Assembly (NCBI GenBank): GCA_965208835.1
Contig: OZ242358.1
Span: forward strand, 2,848,001 to 2,912,000
DNA: 64,000 bases
Source: Candidatus Latescibacterota bacterium
GTDB lineage: Bacteria > Latescibacterota > UBA2968 > GCA-2709665
Direction: 5' to 3'
Part shown: in pieces, positions 18,201-28,573 of the stretch
How the letters are laid out: each line of letters begins with the position of its first letter
Numbering within the stretch: position 1 is the stretch's first letter
Translations under genes and position numbers: made by a program
The notes under the pieces: model-generated
What the model was told of the DNA's origin: nothing
What the model saw: only the letters and a program-made list of their open reading frames with translations
Database searches by the model: none

Positions 18201-20899
18201 AGGTCGATTATCCAGTCCGCTGTTTTGACGACATCCATGTTGTGTTCGATTACCACCACGGTATTTCCAAGATCCACGAGCCGATGAAGTACCCTGAGCA
18301 GGTTCTGAATATCTGCAAAATGCAGCCCTGTAGTAGGCTCATCCAAAATATAAAGAGTGGACCCTGTCTGTTTGCGGCATAATTCTTTAGCCAGTTTTAC
18401 CCTCTGCGCTTCACCGCCGGACAACGTTGGCGCCGGCTGCCCGAGTTTCACGTAGCCCATCCCCACCTCGACCAGGACCTCAAGTATGCGATGGACCTGG
18501 GGCACCGCTTCGAAGAGGGCGCAAGCCCGCCTCACCTCCATTTCCAGCACGTCCGCGATCGACGCCCCCTTGTAACGAACATCCAGCGTCTCACGATTGA
18601 AACGCCGTCCTTCGCAGACGTCGCACGTCACCCAAACGTCGGCAAGAAAGTCCATCTCGACCACGTTGGCGCCATTTCCGTCGCAGGCCTCGCACCGCCC
18701 GCCTTTCACATTGAAACTGAACCGGCCCGGCCTGTATCCTCTCACCCTGGACTCGGGCAGGTCCGCGTACAAGGCACGAATCGGGCCGAACACGCCCGTG
18801 TACGTGGCCGGGTTGCTCCTTGGGGTACGTCCGATCGGCTGCTGGTCGATCTCGATTACCTTATCCAGCGCATCGATGCCTTCAATCCGGTCGAAGTCAC
18901 CGGGTTCGGTCTCGGCCCGGTTCAATTCCCGCGCCAGCGTCCGGTAGACGATGTCGTTAATGAGCGAACTCTTCCCCGAACCGGAGACCCCCGTCACGCA
19001 ATTGAACAGCCCGAGGGGGATCTCAACGTCGATTCCCTTAAGGTTATGCTGCCTCCCGCCGTAAACACGGAGCAGGGGGCCGGCAGGCGCCCTGCGATCG
19101 GGCACTGCGATTGATTGTTCACCTGAGAGATAGGATCCAGTCCTGGACCTTTCCGACAGAGCGATGGTCGGCCAGGGCCCGCAGGCGACCACCTCCCCTC
19201 CCAGGTGACCGGGACCCGGTCCGAAATCCACGATCCAGTCCGCCCTCCTCATCGTTTCCTCGTCGTGTTCCACGACAATAACCGTATTGCCCGCGTCCCG
19301 CAACAGGCACAGCGCGTCGAGCAGCCGCTTGTTGTCTTGCTGGTGCAGCCCGATCGAGGGTTCGTCCAGCACGTACGTGACCCCGACCAGACCGCTGCCG
19401 ATCTGACCGGCCAGCCGGATGCGCTGCGCCTCGCCCCCGGACAGCGTGGGCGCCGTACGGTCCAGTGTCAGATAGTCCAGCCCGACGTCAAGCAGGAACC
19501 TGAGCCGACCCAGGATTTCCTTGAGTGCATCCTCCGCGATCCTCCGGCGGGTCGCGGTCAGATTCAGTCCGCTGAAGAACGCAAAGGCATCCCTCACCGA
19601 CATCGCCGCGGCCGCCGGGAGCGATTTCCCCTCGATGGTCACCGCCGCGGCTTCGTCCCTCAGCCGCGCACCTTGGCACGCGGGGCATCTTCCCGTACGC
19701 ATGTACGGACCCAGCTTTCGCCGCCAGGCCGGTGATCCACCTTCCGCATATCTGCGTTCCAGCGGCGGAAAGATCCCGTCGAACGTGTCGTAATGCCTGT
19801 AAACGTTGCCGTCCCGCTTCCGCCATTCGAGCGTGATGCGCTTCTTCACACCATACAGCAGTTCCTCCCGTGCCGTCTCGGTGATTTCCCTCCACGGTGT
19901 ATTGACGTCAGCGCCGTGGCGCATCAATACACCATTGTAATAGTGTATTTTCCACCGGTTACGCGGCTGCCCGAGCGGCGCGATCGCGCCGTCCATTACA
20001 GAAAGGGAGTCGTCGGGTACCGACCGTGTCGGATCCAGGGCAATCTGGGCGCCGAGGCCCTTGCAAGTGGGACACATCCCCTGCGGATTGTTGAATGAAA
20101 ACAACTGAGGCGTGGGTTCGGTTGCGCTCAAGCCGCACCGGGTGCAGGCAAAGCTGGAACTCAGCAGCAGGTCCTCGCCTTCCTCGAAACCGACGATCAG
20201 CGTACCGCCGCCGTATCCCAGAGCCGCATCGACAGCTTCGCCTACTCGCCCGAATCCATCCTCCCGCACGACCAGCCGGTCCACGACGAGGTCGATATCG
20301 TGTCGGATGTGTCGTTCAAGCCGCTGCGACTCGGTCAGTTGCACGATCCGTCCGTCGACACGGACACGGAGGTAACCGTCCCGTTGAAGGTCGTCGAACA
20401 GATCCAGATACTCCCCCTTTCTCCCGCGTACTAGCGGCGCCATGACGTATATCCGCGTTCCGGCGCCCAGCGCCATGATCCGGCCCACGATTCCGTCGCG
20501 CGTCTGTGCGCCGATGGGTGTTCCGCACGACACACAATGCGGAACGCCAACCCGTGCGTACAGAACCCGAAGGTAGTCGTAGATTTCCGTCATCGTGCCT
20601 ACTGTCGACCTTGGATTCCACGCGGCAGCCTTCTGCTGGATCGAAACCGTTGGCGAAAGTCCGGTTATCTGGTCTACCTCGGGCTTGCGGATCTGACCCA
20701 GAAACTGACGGGCATACGCGGACAGGGACTCGATATAACGTCGCTGGCCCTCGGCAAAGATCGTATCGAAGGCCAGCGAGGACTTCCCGGAGCCCGAAAC
20801 ACCCGTAAAGCATATCAGCTGATTTCGGGGCAGGGTCAGGTTCACGCCCTTCAGGTTATGAACCCGCGCGCCCTTGATTACGATGTCACGTGTTTCCAT
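15236..20899 (-). CDS. uvrA: Excinuclease ABC subunit A, double-length (two fused UvrA units)
   Basis: 1887 aa; four GVSGSGKSS Walker A motifs, four LSGGEAQR signatures, two FAEGQRRY(I/V)[11 protein letters not shown] blocks, duplicated Zn-finger CxxC pairs. Confidence 0.95.
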   Translation of the reverse strand: METRDIVIKGARVHNLKGVNLTLPRNQLICFTGVSGSGKSSLAFDTIFAEGQRRYIESLSAYARQFLGQIRKPEVDQITGLSPTVSIQQKAAAWNPRSTVGTMTEIYDYLRVLYARVGVPHCVSCGTPIGAQTRDGIVGRIMALGAGTRIYVMAPLVRGRKGEYLDLFDDLQRDGYLRVRVDGRIVQLTESQRLERHIRHDIDLVVDRLVVREDGFGRVGEAVDAALGYGGGTLIVGFEEGEDLLLSSSFACTRCGLSATEPTPQLFSFNNPQGMCPTCKGLGAQIALDPTRSVPDDSLSVMDGAIAPLGQPRNRWKIHYYNGVLMRHGADVNTPWREITETAREELLYGVKKRITLEWRKRDGNVYRHYDTFDGIFPPLERRYAEGGSPAWRRKLGPYMRTGRCPACQGARLRDEAAAVTIEGKSLPAAAAMSVRDAFAFFSGLNLTATRRRIAEDALKEILGRLRFLLDVGLDYLTLDRTAPTLSGGEAQRIRLAGQIGSGLVGVTYVLDEPSIGLHQQDNKRLLDALCLLRDAGNTVIVVEHDEETMRRADWIVDFGPGPGHLGGEVVACGPWPTIALSERSRTGSYLSGEQSIAVPDRRAPAGPLLRVYGGRQHNLKGIDVEIPLGLFNCVTGVSGSGKSSLINDIVYRTLARELNRAETEPGDFDRIEGIDALDKVIEIDQQPIGRTPRSNPATYTGVFGPIRALYADLPESRVRGYRPGRFSFNVKGGRCEACDGNGANVVEMDFLADVWVTCDVCEGRRFNRETLDVRYKGASIADVLEMEVRRACALFEAVPQVHRILEVLVEVGMGYVKLGQPAPTLSGGEAQRVKLAKELCRKQTGSTLYILDEPTTGLHFADIQNLLRVLHRLVDLGNTVVVIEHNMDVVKTADWIIDLGPGGGEAGGHVVVQGTPEHVVRSRRSPTARPLRAALEDGHVPSTTDAGHGRHHGPRGLVREIQVTGARENNLRNVDVRIPREKLTAVSGVSGSGKSSLALDTVFAEGQRRYVESLSAYARQFLGQLPKPKVERVIGLSPAIAIEQKAASRNPRSTVGTVTEVYDYLRALFALVGEVHCPDCGVRAGALAVQEIVDRIVGMPSGRRIYLLSPQRPGRGEDYNGLISRAARDGYLRGRLDGDVFDLNSAAEIDYRQSHRLEILVDRVTLRPGARKRIADSIEKALALSGGVVIVASPDDDVETRFSQFLSCPSCGRSFDEVTPQHLSFNSPEGWCASCEGMGIQRGMGRNTLIPDPRRSLSQGAVPVLGEMNEGPLAALIRSVGEVAEFDLETPVAQMSQAAQDALLYGTGDRWIRLPNGMRCQYKGLFNSLEELARLSPRFREEMGDLVEDVPCRACEGTRLKPESASVRLRGLTLCELVDLPIGAARRWLTDLTLTGRELDAVGEVLQEIRERMRFLYEVGLGYLSLSRRAPTLSGGEAQRIRLASQIGSGLTGVLYVLDEPTIGLHQRDNRRLLAALRQLRDLGNTLLVVEHDRETLETADHIVDFGPGAGSHGGMLVAEGHPKRLSAENGSLTAEYLAGGLAIEQPPRRIALKGCLEVVGARQNNLKRLNVKFPLGMLIGVTGVSGSGKSSLVNDVLYGVLSAGLNHVRGFAADHDEVRGMDCIDKVINIDQSPIGSSPRSNPATYVKVFDKIRTLYAQLPDARIRGFSPGHFSFNHRKGRCEACKGLGSRCIEMHFLPDVWVTCEDCSGKRYNRDVVNVLYKGRSVADVLDMTVDHALRQFANVPGIRRTLKTLVDVGLGYIKMGQASTTLSGGEAQRVKLARELARPDTGKTVYLLDEPTTGLHVADVARLLDVLNRLVDAGNTVIVIEHNLDVIRTADWIIDLGPDGGEAGGYLVAEGTPEDVAKVDASHTGRFLREVLDCG

Positions 20900-21107
20900 G
20901 CTTCCACCGCGATCCCCGTTGCTTCGCCGGAAAACAGACCGCCTCCGGAATTGGATGACATGCCAATCGACTCTCGAATAGACATACGAGGTGTCATCGT
21001 GGACAAACCCTTGTTATCGATCACGAAATACCATTTGGGAAACCCGTGCACCACAGTATTGAGCGGCACCGGTTACCTTACCTGACACCGTAAGAGCATG
21101 AACTCCA

Positions 21108-21136
21108 AATATACTACTCAAATGTTCAGGCATCAA
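21108..21136 (-). promoter_or_regulatory. Candidate sigma70 promoter for uvrA
   Basis: Minus strand TTGATG-17 nt-TATATT in an AT-rich intergenic patch about 210 bp upstream of uvrA. Confidence 0.45.
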
Positions 21137-21236
21137 GATAAAACCTATGCGGATTTCCATTATTGAATGGCAGCGTTGGAAAGCCTGAAGTCGACCGGTT
21201 CACCGGGGTCCGGGCGCTTCCACGGGCCCAAACGAC

Positions 21237-21273
21237 CAAAAGCGCCTTTATCCCGGATGGACAAAGACGCTTT
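21237..21273 (-). terminator. Possible terminator downstream of STAS gene
   Basis: Imperfect stem aaagcgccttt…aaagacgcttt with short U-tract on the minus strand. Confidence 0.4.
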
Positions 21274-21301
21274 CGTATTCTCTTCCAGCTGGTGCGGGGC
21301 T

Positions 21302-21655
21302 TTACTCGGGCGGTTGCGTCCTGAAACTCGCTACTGCCCGATCCACGGTATCCAGGGTCCGGAAGATTCCCGCGAGTTGTGTGACCATCAGGATACTCTC
21401 GATCTTGCGGGTAATACCCGTAAGCCGCATATCCCCACCCGCGTGCCGGACCGTTGTCAGACTGGCGGTCATGACGCCGAGCATAGAGCTCCCAAACCAT
21501 TTCACCTTCGAAAAGTCGACCACCACCCTGCTGATGCCATCCTTTACCAGCCGTTTGATGTGGTCGTGAAATTCGGCCACTTCGGGACCGGACATCAGGG
21601 CGCCCGTTACCGTCAGGACGGCAACATCTTCCCGGATCTCCTCATTGATTTTCAT
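21302..21655 (-). CDS. STAS-domain anti-sigma-factor antagonist (SpoIIAA/RsbV-like)
   Basis: VVVDFSKVKWFGSSMLGV phospho-Ser region; 117 aa. Confidence 0.88.
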   Translation of the reverse strand: MKINEEIREDVAVLTVTGALMSGPEVAEFHDHIKRLVKDGISRVVVDFSKVKWFGSSMLGVMTASLTTVRHAGGDMRLTGITRKIESILMVTQLAGIFRTLDTVDRAVASFRTQPPE

Positions 21656-21908
21656 GGTTCTTCCCCCTCAAAGGTTTCGAGTTACAGCAGCTTCCTTCGC
21701 CAAACTCAATCGCGCGTTACATTCCGTATGATCTGAGAAGAATCGCTGCCACCCAATATAATTGCAATCGTGCTCAGGATCAAGTCAGGAATTTCAGCAG
21801 GCGCAACGGCAACGACCGGATTCGCCTTGACAAAGCCCGGCTCGACGGCTTACTTGACTGCCGCCAGTCAGTGGACGTTACCTCTCAACGAAAAAGAAGG
21901 CGAGTATC

Positions 21909-22703
21909 ATGGAACTGGGATGCAGTACGATTCTCTATGGTGGACACGACCTGAGCGTCGCAATGGAACGGATCCGGTCGGCCGGCTACCGGGCGATCGA
22001 ACTCTGTTGTATTCCGGGGATGGCGCCTCACGTGGCGATCGGCGAAAGAGACGCTTATTACCGCGATATCAGACGTCGCGCCGCGGATCACCAGTTGACA
22101 ATCGAATCTCTAGGTGCCAGCGGCAACCTGGACGATAAGGACCGTTTTCTGCAGATCCTGGATGCGGCCGCCGCGCTCGGCGCCCCCCTTGTCACAACGG
22201 GCCCCGGGGGGAAACCCGACAATGAAGATGCGTTTATGTCAACCGTCGAAGAGATCAACGCCCTCGCGGTCCACGCTGCCCGACGCGGTGTCAGGCTCAG
22301 CATCAAACCGCATGTCGGCAATGCCGTTTACAATACCGAGACGGCTTTCCGGTTTATGCAGCTGGTCGATCGGAAGCGGGTTGGCATCAACTACGACGCG
22401 ACCCATATCTGGCGGTGCCCGCAGCGGGAGGTACCCGAAGAAAGCATCGGCAGGATCAGCCGGTACATTATTTCATTGAGGATCCGTGACGTCAAGGGCC
22501 GGCAGTCCGCAATCGGGTCCGTTGAGAATCAGGTGGCCGGTCAGGGAGATATGGATCTCCACGCACAGGCAGACGCCTTTCGAAAGATCCCGGGGCTCAG
22601 GTACGCGGTCCTGGAAATCGTAGGTACGCGGGAAATGGGCGTGGACGACATCGACGGCGTTCTGCGGCGGTCGTTCGATTATTTCCTTCCACTGTTCGAA
22701 TGA
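21909..22703 (+). CDS. Sugar phosphate isomerase/epimerase (xylose-isomerase-like TIM barrel)
   Basis: AGYRAIEL, IKPH, INYDATH, IRD, GQGDMD, LEI motifs. Confidence 0.8.
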   Translation: MELGCSTILYGGHDLSVAMERIRSAGYRAIELCCIPGMAPHVAIGERDAYYRDIRRRAADHQLTIESLGASGNLDDKDRFLQILDAAAALGAPLVTTGPGGKPDNEDAFMSTVEEINALAVHAARRGVRLSIKPHVGNAVYNTETAFRFMQLVDRKRVGINYDATHIWRCPQREVPEESIGRISRYIISLRIRDVKGRQSAIGSVENQVAGQGDMDLHAQADAFRKIPGLRYAVLEIVGTREMGVDDIDGVLRRSFDYFLPLFE

Positions 22704-22796
22704 GTAGAAGGGGATTTCGGGAAACAACCCCTGCAGGTTCGATTCTACCTCCGATTCACTGAAGGCGGTATTCTGTATCATTCAAGGAGCACGGGT

Positions 22797-23849
22797 ATGA
22801 TCCGCGTTGGCGTCATCGGCATGCGCGGCATTGGAGGCCAGCATGCCGCGGTATACATGAACAACAGCAGAACGGACCTCGTGGCTGTCTGCGACCTCGT
22901 GAAGGAACGCGCGGACGGCGCTGCGGAGCTTTCAGGCGCGAAGCCGTTCTACGACGTTGGGGAAATGCTGCGGTGCGAAGAACTCGATGCCGTGAGCATA
23001 GCGACCGGCGGCATCGAGAACGGAGGTGACCATTACGAACCCGCGATCCGGTGCATGGAAGCCGGATTGGACGTCCTGTGTGAAAAGCCGATAAGCAACA
23101 ATATCGACCACGCCCGTCAAATGGTGAAGAAGGCGCGGGAGTGTGACGTCAGGTTTGGTATCAACCTGAACCACCGGTTCGTCCCGCCAGCGGCGAAGGC
23201 CAGGGGCTGGATTGAAGAAGGCCGCCTGGGCCATCTGCTGCTCATCAACATGACCATGTGGATCGGAAATCCCAACGAGACTTCTCCCTGGTTCCACCTT
23301 CGGGCCCTGCACCCTCATTCCATCGACATCATGCGCTACTTCTGCGGAAGCGTTAAACGGGTACAGGCGTTTCTGAACAAGGCGCCCGGACGCAGCGGAG
23401 ACAACGCCTCGGTATGCTGGTCCAACGCACAGATCAACATGCAATTCGAGAACGACGTTGTGGGCCACCTTACCGGAAGCTATGACACCAATCCTGCTCA
23501 CAACCTGGAACGTTGCGAGGTATTGGGAACCGAGGGGCGTTTTGTCCTGGACAACTGCTTTGAAGACCTGACTCTGTATCCGAGACGCTCCGAGGAACTC
23601 ACCGTCGTACGAAACTCCATTATGGGCGGTCTGGTATTCGAGGACACCTTTACGGGGCGCATCAACCGATGGATCGAACAGCTGGAAGAAGGCGCGCCCC
23701 AGTCGGAAATCGAAGGGTCCGGTGAAGACGGGCTCGCCGTGCAGGAAGTCATCGAAGCGTCCATCCGTTCCTGGAAGGAGCAGACCATCGCGGACGTACC
23801 TGAAGTGCCCGCCGCATCCTGTCCTGTCACTACGCAAGATGAAGATTGA
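22797..23849 (+). CDS. Gfo/Idh/MocA-family oxidoreductase
   Basis: VGVIGMRGIG, VLCEKP, NHRF, HSID motifs. Confidence 0.88.
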   Translation: MIRVGVIGMRGIGGQHAAVYMNNSRTDLVAVCDLVKERADGAAELSGAKPFYDVGEMLRCEELDAVSIATGGIENGGDHYEPAIRCMEAGLDVLCEKPISNNIDHARQMVKKARECDVRFGINLNHRFVPPAAKARGWIEEGRLGHLLLINMTMWIGNPNETSPWFHLRALHPHSIDIMRYFCGSVKRVQAFLNKAPGRSGDNASVCWSNAQINMQFENDVVGHLTGSYDTNPAHNLERCEVLGTEGRFVLDNCFEDLTLYPRRSEELTVVRNSIMGGLVFEDTFTGRINRWIEQLEEGAPQSEIEGSGEDGLAVQEVIEASIRSWKEQTIADVPEVPAASCPVTTQDED

Positions 23850-25086
23850 ACTCAACGGCGTGAGTTACCGCATTCCGTGGACCTCCGTCGCTGTGATCTG
23901 CGTCGACGGCGGCGACCCGGAGTACTTCGATGCGGCGCGGAAGGCCGGAGTGATTCCAGCCATTGACCGCTTCATGGAAGCCGGGTTCGCCGGCGCGGCC
24001 CACTGTGTCATTCCGAGCTTCACCAATCCCAACAACCTCTCGATCGCCACGGGCGCCCCGCCCGAAGTACACGGTGTTTCCGGCAACTTCTACCTCGACC
24101 GGCTGACCGGCGAGGCGGTTCCGATGACCGGACCTGCAATGATGCGTTCGCGTACGGTTTTCGACGTCGCCTCAAAGGCCGGCATCGAAACGGCCGTCAT
24201 CACCGCGAAGGACAAACTCCGGCGACAGCTCGGCAAGGGAATGGACGTCGGCGATGGCAACGTCTGTTTCTCTTCCCAGTGCGCCGACCGCTGCACGCTC
24301 CACGAGAACGGGATTCAAGACGTGCTCGGCTGGGTCGGCCAACCGTTGCCCGACATGTATTCAGACGCGCTGTCCCTGTTCGTCCTCGACGCCGGCGTCC
24401 GGTTTCTTGCAGAGGGTAACCGGCCTCGTCTGGCGTACCTGTCGCTTACGGATTATGTCCAGCACAAGTACCCCCCTGACCATCCGGTCGCCCTGGAGTT
24501 CTTTCGATCGCTCGACCTGCGATGCGCAAAGCTCGACCGGCTCGGTGCAACCGTGGCCCTGGTGGCCGATCACGGCATGAAAGACAAATGCGCCGCGGAC
24601 GGTACGTACAACATCATCTATCTTCAGGACCTGCTGGACAGGCGTTTCGGACGTGGAAAAACGCGCGTCATCTGTCCGATCACCGATGCGTTCGTGGGGC
24701 ATCACGGCGCTTTGGGAGGATTTGTCAGGGTGTACTGCTTCGAAGACCTGGCGGTTGACGATGCCATTCGATTCATCGAGTCCGTCGAAGGGGTCGAATC
24801 GGTCCTGCAGCGCGCCGACGCGGCAACCCGATTCGAACTTCCGGTCGACGTCGAAGGCGACGTCGCGGTGATCGCCAAGGGTGGGTTCTGTATAGGCACG
24901 ACTCCCGGCGATCACGATCTCGAGGAGCTGCACGGGGAGCGCCTGCGTTCGCACGGCGGCGTCTCTGAGCAGCAGGTGCCGTTCATCCTCAACCGCCCGC
25001 TGAACGGGGAATACAGGGCGCGGGCCGGGTCGGAACAACTGATGAATTACCACGTTTTCGACTATGCGTTGAATGGCGTTGCGTGA
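23839..25086 (+). CDS. phnA: Phosphonoacetate hydrolase (alkaline phosphatase superfamily)
   Basis: VICVDG, IPSFTNPNNLSI (Thr nucleophile), TAKDKLRR, YLSLTDYVQHK, ADHGM, LRSHGG; start ATG 23839 overlaps previous gene. Confidence 0.9.
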   Translation: MKIELNGVSYRIPWTSVAVICVDGGDPEYFDAARKAGVIPAIDRFMEAGFAGAAHCVIPSFTNPNNLSIATGAPPEVHGVSGNFYLDRLTGEAVPMTGPAMMRSRTVFDVASKAGIETAVITAKDKLRRQLGKGMDVGDGNVCFSSQCADRCTLHENGIQDVLGWVGQPLPDMYSDALSLFVLDAGVRFLAEGNRPRLAYLSLTDYVQHKYPPDHPVALEFFRSLDLRCAKLDRLGATVALVADHGMKDKCAADGTYNIIYLQDLLDRRFGRGKTRVICPITDAFVGHHGALGGFVRVYCFEDLAVDDAIRFIESVEGVESVLQRADAATRFELPVDVEGDVAVIAKGGFCIGTTPGDHDLEELHGERLRSHGGVSEQQVPFILNRPLNGEYRARAGSEQLMNYHVFDYALNGVA

Positions 25087-25175
25087 TACAAACTCGACGC
25101 CGTTCGTGTCCGCGTCTGCCGATCCGGTCACCCGCCGTTGTTTCGAAACTTTCTGTCCAAAAGGGAGATACAGAT

Positions 25176-25568
25176 ATGTGTTCGACGAGGCTGTACGAAG
25201 CCGCCTTTCCCTATGCCGACGACGTCCTGGCGCTTCCAATAAAGGATATCGACAAAGCTTCAACCTGGTACTGTAACGCTTTCGGACTCAACGAGGTAGA
25301 GCGTCATTGCAATCCCGTTCCCACGGTCGTCCTCGAACGGGACGGCGTCCGAATCGGATTCGCCGTCAATGGCGGTGACCCGGGACAGGAAGGGGCTGCC
25401 ATTCTGGTGTCCGACATCCACAGAGCGAGGCGGGAGCTGGAGGCGAAGGGAATCCAGATCGGCAACTGGCGCATTGACGAGAACGACGGCCGACGGTTCC
25501 AGGTCTTCTTCGTCGTCGCCCCGGACGGACTCTGTTACTATTTCCACCAGCCGATCGAAGGTGCATAG
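25176..25568 (+). CDS. VOC/glyoxalase-family protein
   Basis: LPIKDIDKASTWY…FG, VSDI…ELEAKG, FFVVAPDG motifs; GGGAG RBS. Confidence 0.8.
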   Translation: MCSTRLYEAAFPYADDVLALPIKDIDKASTWYCNAFGLNEVERHCNPVPTVVLERDGVRIGFAVNGGDPGQEGAAILVSDIHRARRELEAKGIQIGNWRIDENDGRRFQVFFVVAPDGLCYYFHQPIEGA

Positions 25569-25574
25569 ACACGG

Positions 25575-25604
25575 AAAAAGGCCGGGTTCGGAGCCCGGCC
25601 TTTC
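25575..25604. terminator. Bidirectional terminator between convergent genes
   Basis: aaaaaggccgggtt-cgg-agcccggccttt stem with A and T flanks. Confidence 0.7.
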
Positions 25605-25646
25605 TGAATGTACGTCCGGATGAAAACGAGAAGCGGGGAGGAACGG

Positions 25647-26336
25647 CTATCGTTCCTTCTTCCTCTGTTTCTCTTTCCTGGCGAACGATTTCGCTATGTA
25701 CGAGGCCGCGTCGGGCGTCCTGCAACTGGTTTCACCGTGGTCCACCTCGACGGGACCGATCCGTTTCGCGGCCGCGATCGCACGATCGCGGTAGGACGCG
25801 CTATACGTCCCGATCGCGATCAACGCGTTGTTCATCGCGTAGCGGACGCGGTTCGGCTGGCTGTGGATTTGCATCTCGATTCGCTCGAGGCATGAGTCCA
25901 GAAGTGCATCGTCGACATCCCCGTGATCGTTCAATACCATCTCCGTGAACGTATTCCACCCCGCTGTAGCGACCCACTCTCCCCGCCTCGATGTCCATTT
26001 TCTGAAACGTGCGATTCCGGTCTTCGATGCGCTTGCCAGGGCTCCCAGTTCTCCGGCGAGAATCGAGTTGTCGATATCGCGCACCCAGGCGTCGAGCCGG
26101 GCTGCACTCAACCTCGACGGGTCCGCGAGCCGCGTGGCCAGCACCCTGGCGTCGTGGTTGCCCGTGTTCCATAACCCCTCGGCCTGTCGATGGTCCCGCT
26201 TGATCTTCCGGGCCAGCTTGTTCAGATTGGCGAAGCTGACGCCGTACATCGGCGGGTTGACGCCATGACGCGCATAGACCTTGCGGTTCTGCGCAGTGCC
26301 GAGTTCTTCGAGCGTTGACAGTGTTTCGTTCAGCAT
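25647..26336 (-). CDS. DNA alkylation repair protein (AlkD-like HEAT-repeat family)
   Basis: YGV..ANL.KLA.KIK.DH..A..LW.TGNHDAR; AMNNALIAIG; IGPVEVDHGETSC. Confidence 0.82.
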   Translation of the reverse strand: MLNETLSTLEELGTAQNRKVYARHGVNPPMYGVSFANLNKLARKIKRDHRQAEGLWNTGNHDARVLATRLADPSRLSAARLDAWVRDIDNSILAGELGALASASKTGIARFRKWTSRRGEWVATAGWNTFTEMVLNDHGDVDDALLDSCLERIEMQIHSQPNRVRYAMNNALIAIGTYSASYRDRAIAAAKRIGPVEVDHGETSCRTPDAASYIAKSFARKEKQRKKER

Positions 26337-26413
26337 TGTCGTTTCCCCGACTGACGGATTCGCCCCGCCGTTTCCGCGGTGACCGCACTCGCAACTTCGG
26401 AGCGGTCAGGAAC

Positions 26414-26836
26414 TCACGCCTCCGGATGCTCGAAATTGACCTGCCATCTGATACCGAACCTGTCGACGCACATCCCGAAATAGGCCCCCCAGAACATATC
26501 CTGCATCGGCATCGCCAGATTGCCGCCCTCCGACAGGCCGGCGAGCAGCCTGTCCGCGTCCGCCTTGCTGTCCGGACTGACGGTAATGGAAAAATTGCTG
26601 CCCGTCTGTGGCGCGGGTCCGAATGCCGAGGAATGATCGCTTCCCATGAGCACGCTGTCGCCGACCGGCAGCGACACGTGCATGATACGTTCGCGTTCGT
26701 CGTCCGGTACCTGCAGATCGGGAGGACCGTCTCCAAAGGTCTGGATGAACAGGAAGTCGCCGCCGAATACGGTGCGGTAGAACTCAAATGCCTCCCGACA
26801 CTGCTTTTCGAAGGTTAGATAGGTATTCAGTTGCAA
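26414..26836 (-). CDS. VOC-family PhnB/YjdN-like protein
   Basis: YLTF..QCREAFEFY..VFGG, IMH..L, LMGSD, MPMQDMFWGAYFGMCVDRFGIRW; TTG start after GGAGG. Confidence 0.88.
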   Translation of the reverse strand: MQLNTYLTFEKQCREAFEFYRTVFGGDFLFIQTFGDGPPDLQVPDDERERIMHVSLPVGDSVLMGSDHSSAFGPAPQTGSNFSITVSPDSKADADRLLAGLSEGGNLAMPMQDMFWGAYFGMCVDRFGIRWQVNFEHPEA

Positions 26837-26983
26837 GGTCGCCTCCTTGTTAAAGTACGACGGCGTACCCGCCGCACGTAAACTTGCCGGTTTCCGCGTT
26901 TGTGGTTAACTCGCGGCCGTCCATTGATCGGGCAGAGGGCCAGGCCGCATTCTACCGTACGTAAGGAAACAGGTTGCGCCGGA

Positions 26984-28240
26984 CTACAAATAGAGCCCGA
27001 TCATACAACCGGTAAGCATGGTCGCCAGGGTTCCGCCAATCAGAGACCGAAGCCCCAGTCGCGCGAGGTCGCCGCGCCTGTCCGGGGCGATCCCCCCTAT
27101 GCCGCCGATCATAATGGCCACGGATCCGAAGTTGGCAAACCCGCAAAGGGCGTACGCCGTGATCACGAATGCCCTCTGATTGAGCGGCTCAGCCCCTTTC
27201 ATAACCCGAGCGAGGTCCAGATAGGCCACGAACTCGTTCAGTATGGTCTTCATCCCCATGAGTTCGCCAACGGTCCGGGCTTCGGACCACGAAATCCCCA
27301 TCATCCAGACGAACGGACGGAATATTTCGCCGGCGGCGGCCTGGAGGCTCCAGCCGCCGGGACTCGCGTTGACCATGACGTCAATCTTGCCGATGACGAG
27401 GTTGGCCAGAGCGACAAGGCCGATGAAGGCGACAAGCATCGCGAGGATGTTGATGACCAGGTGCATGCCCTCGGCGGCGCCGCGGGCCGCGGCGTCGAGT
27501 CCGTTCAGGGTGTCGTCTCGGGGAAGTTCCAACTGGCTGCGGGATGTGACGGGAGTGCCGGTCTCCGGGATCATCAGTTTGGAAACGGCAATCGCCGCGG
27601 GCGCGCTGATAAGCGATGCCGTGAACAGATGGCCGGCGATGTCCGGATTGACGGCGCCAAGCATCGTCGCGTAGATCACCATGACCGTACCGGCGATCGT
27701 CGCCAGACCCACGGTCATCAGACAGAACAGCTCGCTCTCTGTCATTCGGCTCACGTACGGCCGTACCAGCAGCGGGGACTCCGTCATCCCAAGAAAGACA
27801 TTTCCGGCGGATCCGACGCTTTCTGCCGAACTGAGCCCGAGAGACTTCTGCATGGCCGCGCTCAGTCTGCTGATCACCCAGGGCAGGATCCTGTAGTGGT
27901 AAAGCATCCTTGAAACCGCTGCCACGAAGATCAGGATTGCCGCAATTTCCAGTGCGACGACGGGGCCGAATCTGCTTGTGAATTCGGGATTCGACAATCC
28001 CGAGAAGAGTAGCGACTCGTTCGCCGCCAGTGCGGTCGTTCGAAGCGTGTCGGTAAGGGCGCCGACGACGCGGAAGACGTAGTGTCGCATCCCTGTCCCG
28101 ACGAGGATGCCGGTCAGGACCAACTGCAGGCCGCTGGCAACCACAACGGTCTTCCATGGGACTCGCCTCGTGCGCCGGCCCAGGCACCAGGCAACCGCCA
28201 GAAGAACGACATATCCGATGGCGCTGTGAAGCACCGTCAA
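26984..28240 (-). CDS. Concentrative nucleoside transporter (NupC/CNT family)
   Basis: NVFLGMTESPL, GLATIAGTV, K.ILNEFVAY, YALCGFANFGS motifs. Confidence 0.92.
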   Translation of the reverse strand: MTVLHSAIGYVVLLAVAWCLGRRTRRVPWKTVVVASGLQLVLTGILVGTGMRHYVFRVVGALTDTLRTTALAANESLLFSGLSNPEFTSRFGPVVALEIAAILIFVAAVSRMLYHYRILPWVISRLSAAMQKSLGLSSAESVGSAGNVFLGMTESPLLVRPYVSRMTESELFCLMTVGLATIAGTVMVIYATMLGAVNPDIAGHLFTASLISAPAAIAVSKLMIPETGTPVTSRSQLELPRDDTLNGLDAAARGAAEGMHLVINILAMLVAFIGLVALANLVIGKIDVMVNASPGGWSLQAAAGEIFRPFVWMMGISWSEARTVGELMGMKTILNEFVAYLDLARVMKGAEPLNQRAFVITAYALCGFANFGSVAIMIGGIGGIAPDRRGDLARLGLRSLIGGTLATMLTGCMIGLYL

Positions 28241-28573
28241 GTCCGTACTCCTCTTCGTGGAACGCGGGTTCGGCGGGGGACAATCTCAATGAAGGCGCGG
28301 CATGTACACCACCTTCGAAACCGGCGCCAATTATAGCCGAAAACGCACAAATCGTCAAGCGGTTTCCCGCCTGAAGGTCCTTCTTTGGCCCGGTACCTCT
28401 TGACAAGATAGAACGAAAACCCTATTGTTGAAACTGCCGTCGTCGTACGGTCCTTTCGCCGCAACTACATTTACCGGCGCCATTTGCGCCGATTCCGGGC
28501 AACTCTGGTATGGTTGGAAAGAGTGACGTTAATTCCCTGAACGAAGCGCATTACCGAACCCTGATGCCACCAG

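Noticed and set aside
22702-22750. GGTTCGATTC resembling a tRNA T-loop inside an intergenic hairpin
   Set aside because: No cloverleaf, anticodon arm or CCA end could be built
23839-26836. phnA near a phnB-like gene suggesting a phn operon
   Set aside because: Name coincidence: PhnB/YjdN VOC proteins are not established phosphonate enzymes, and the gene is convergent and separated
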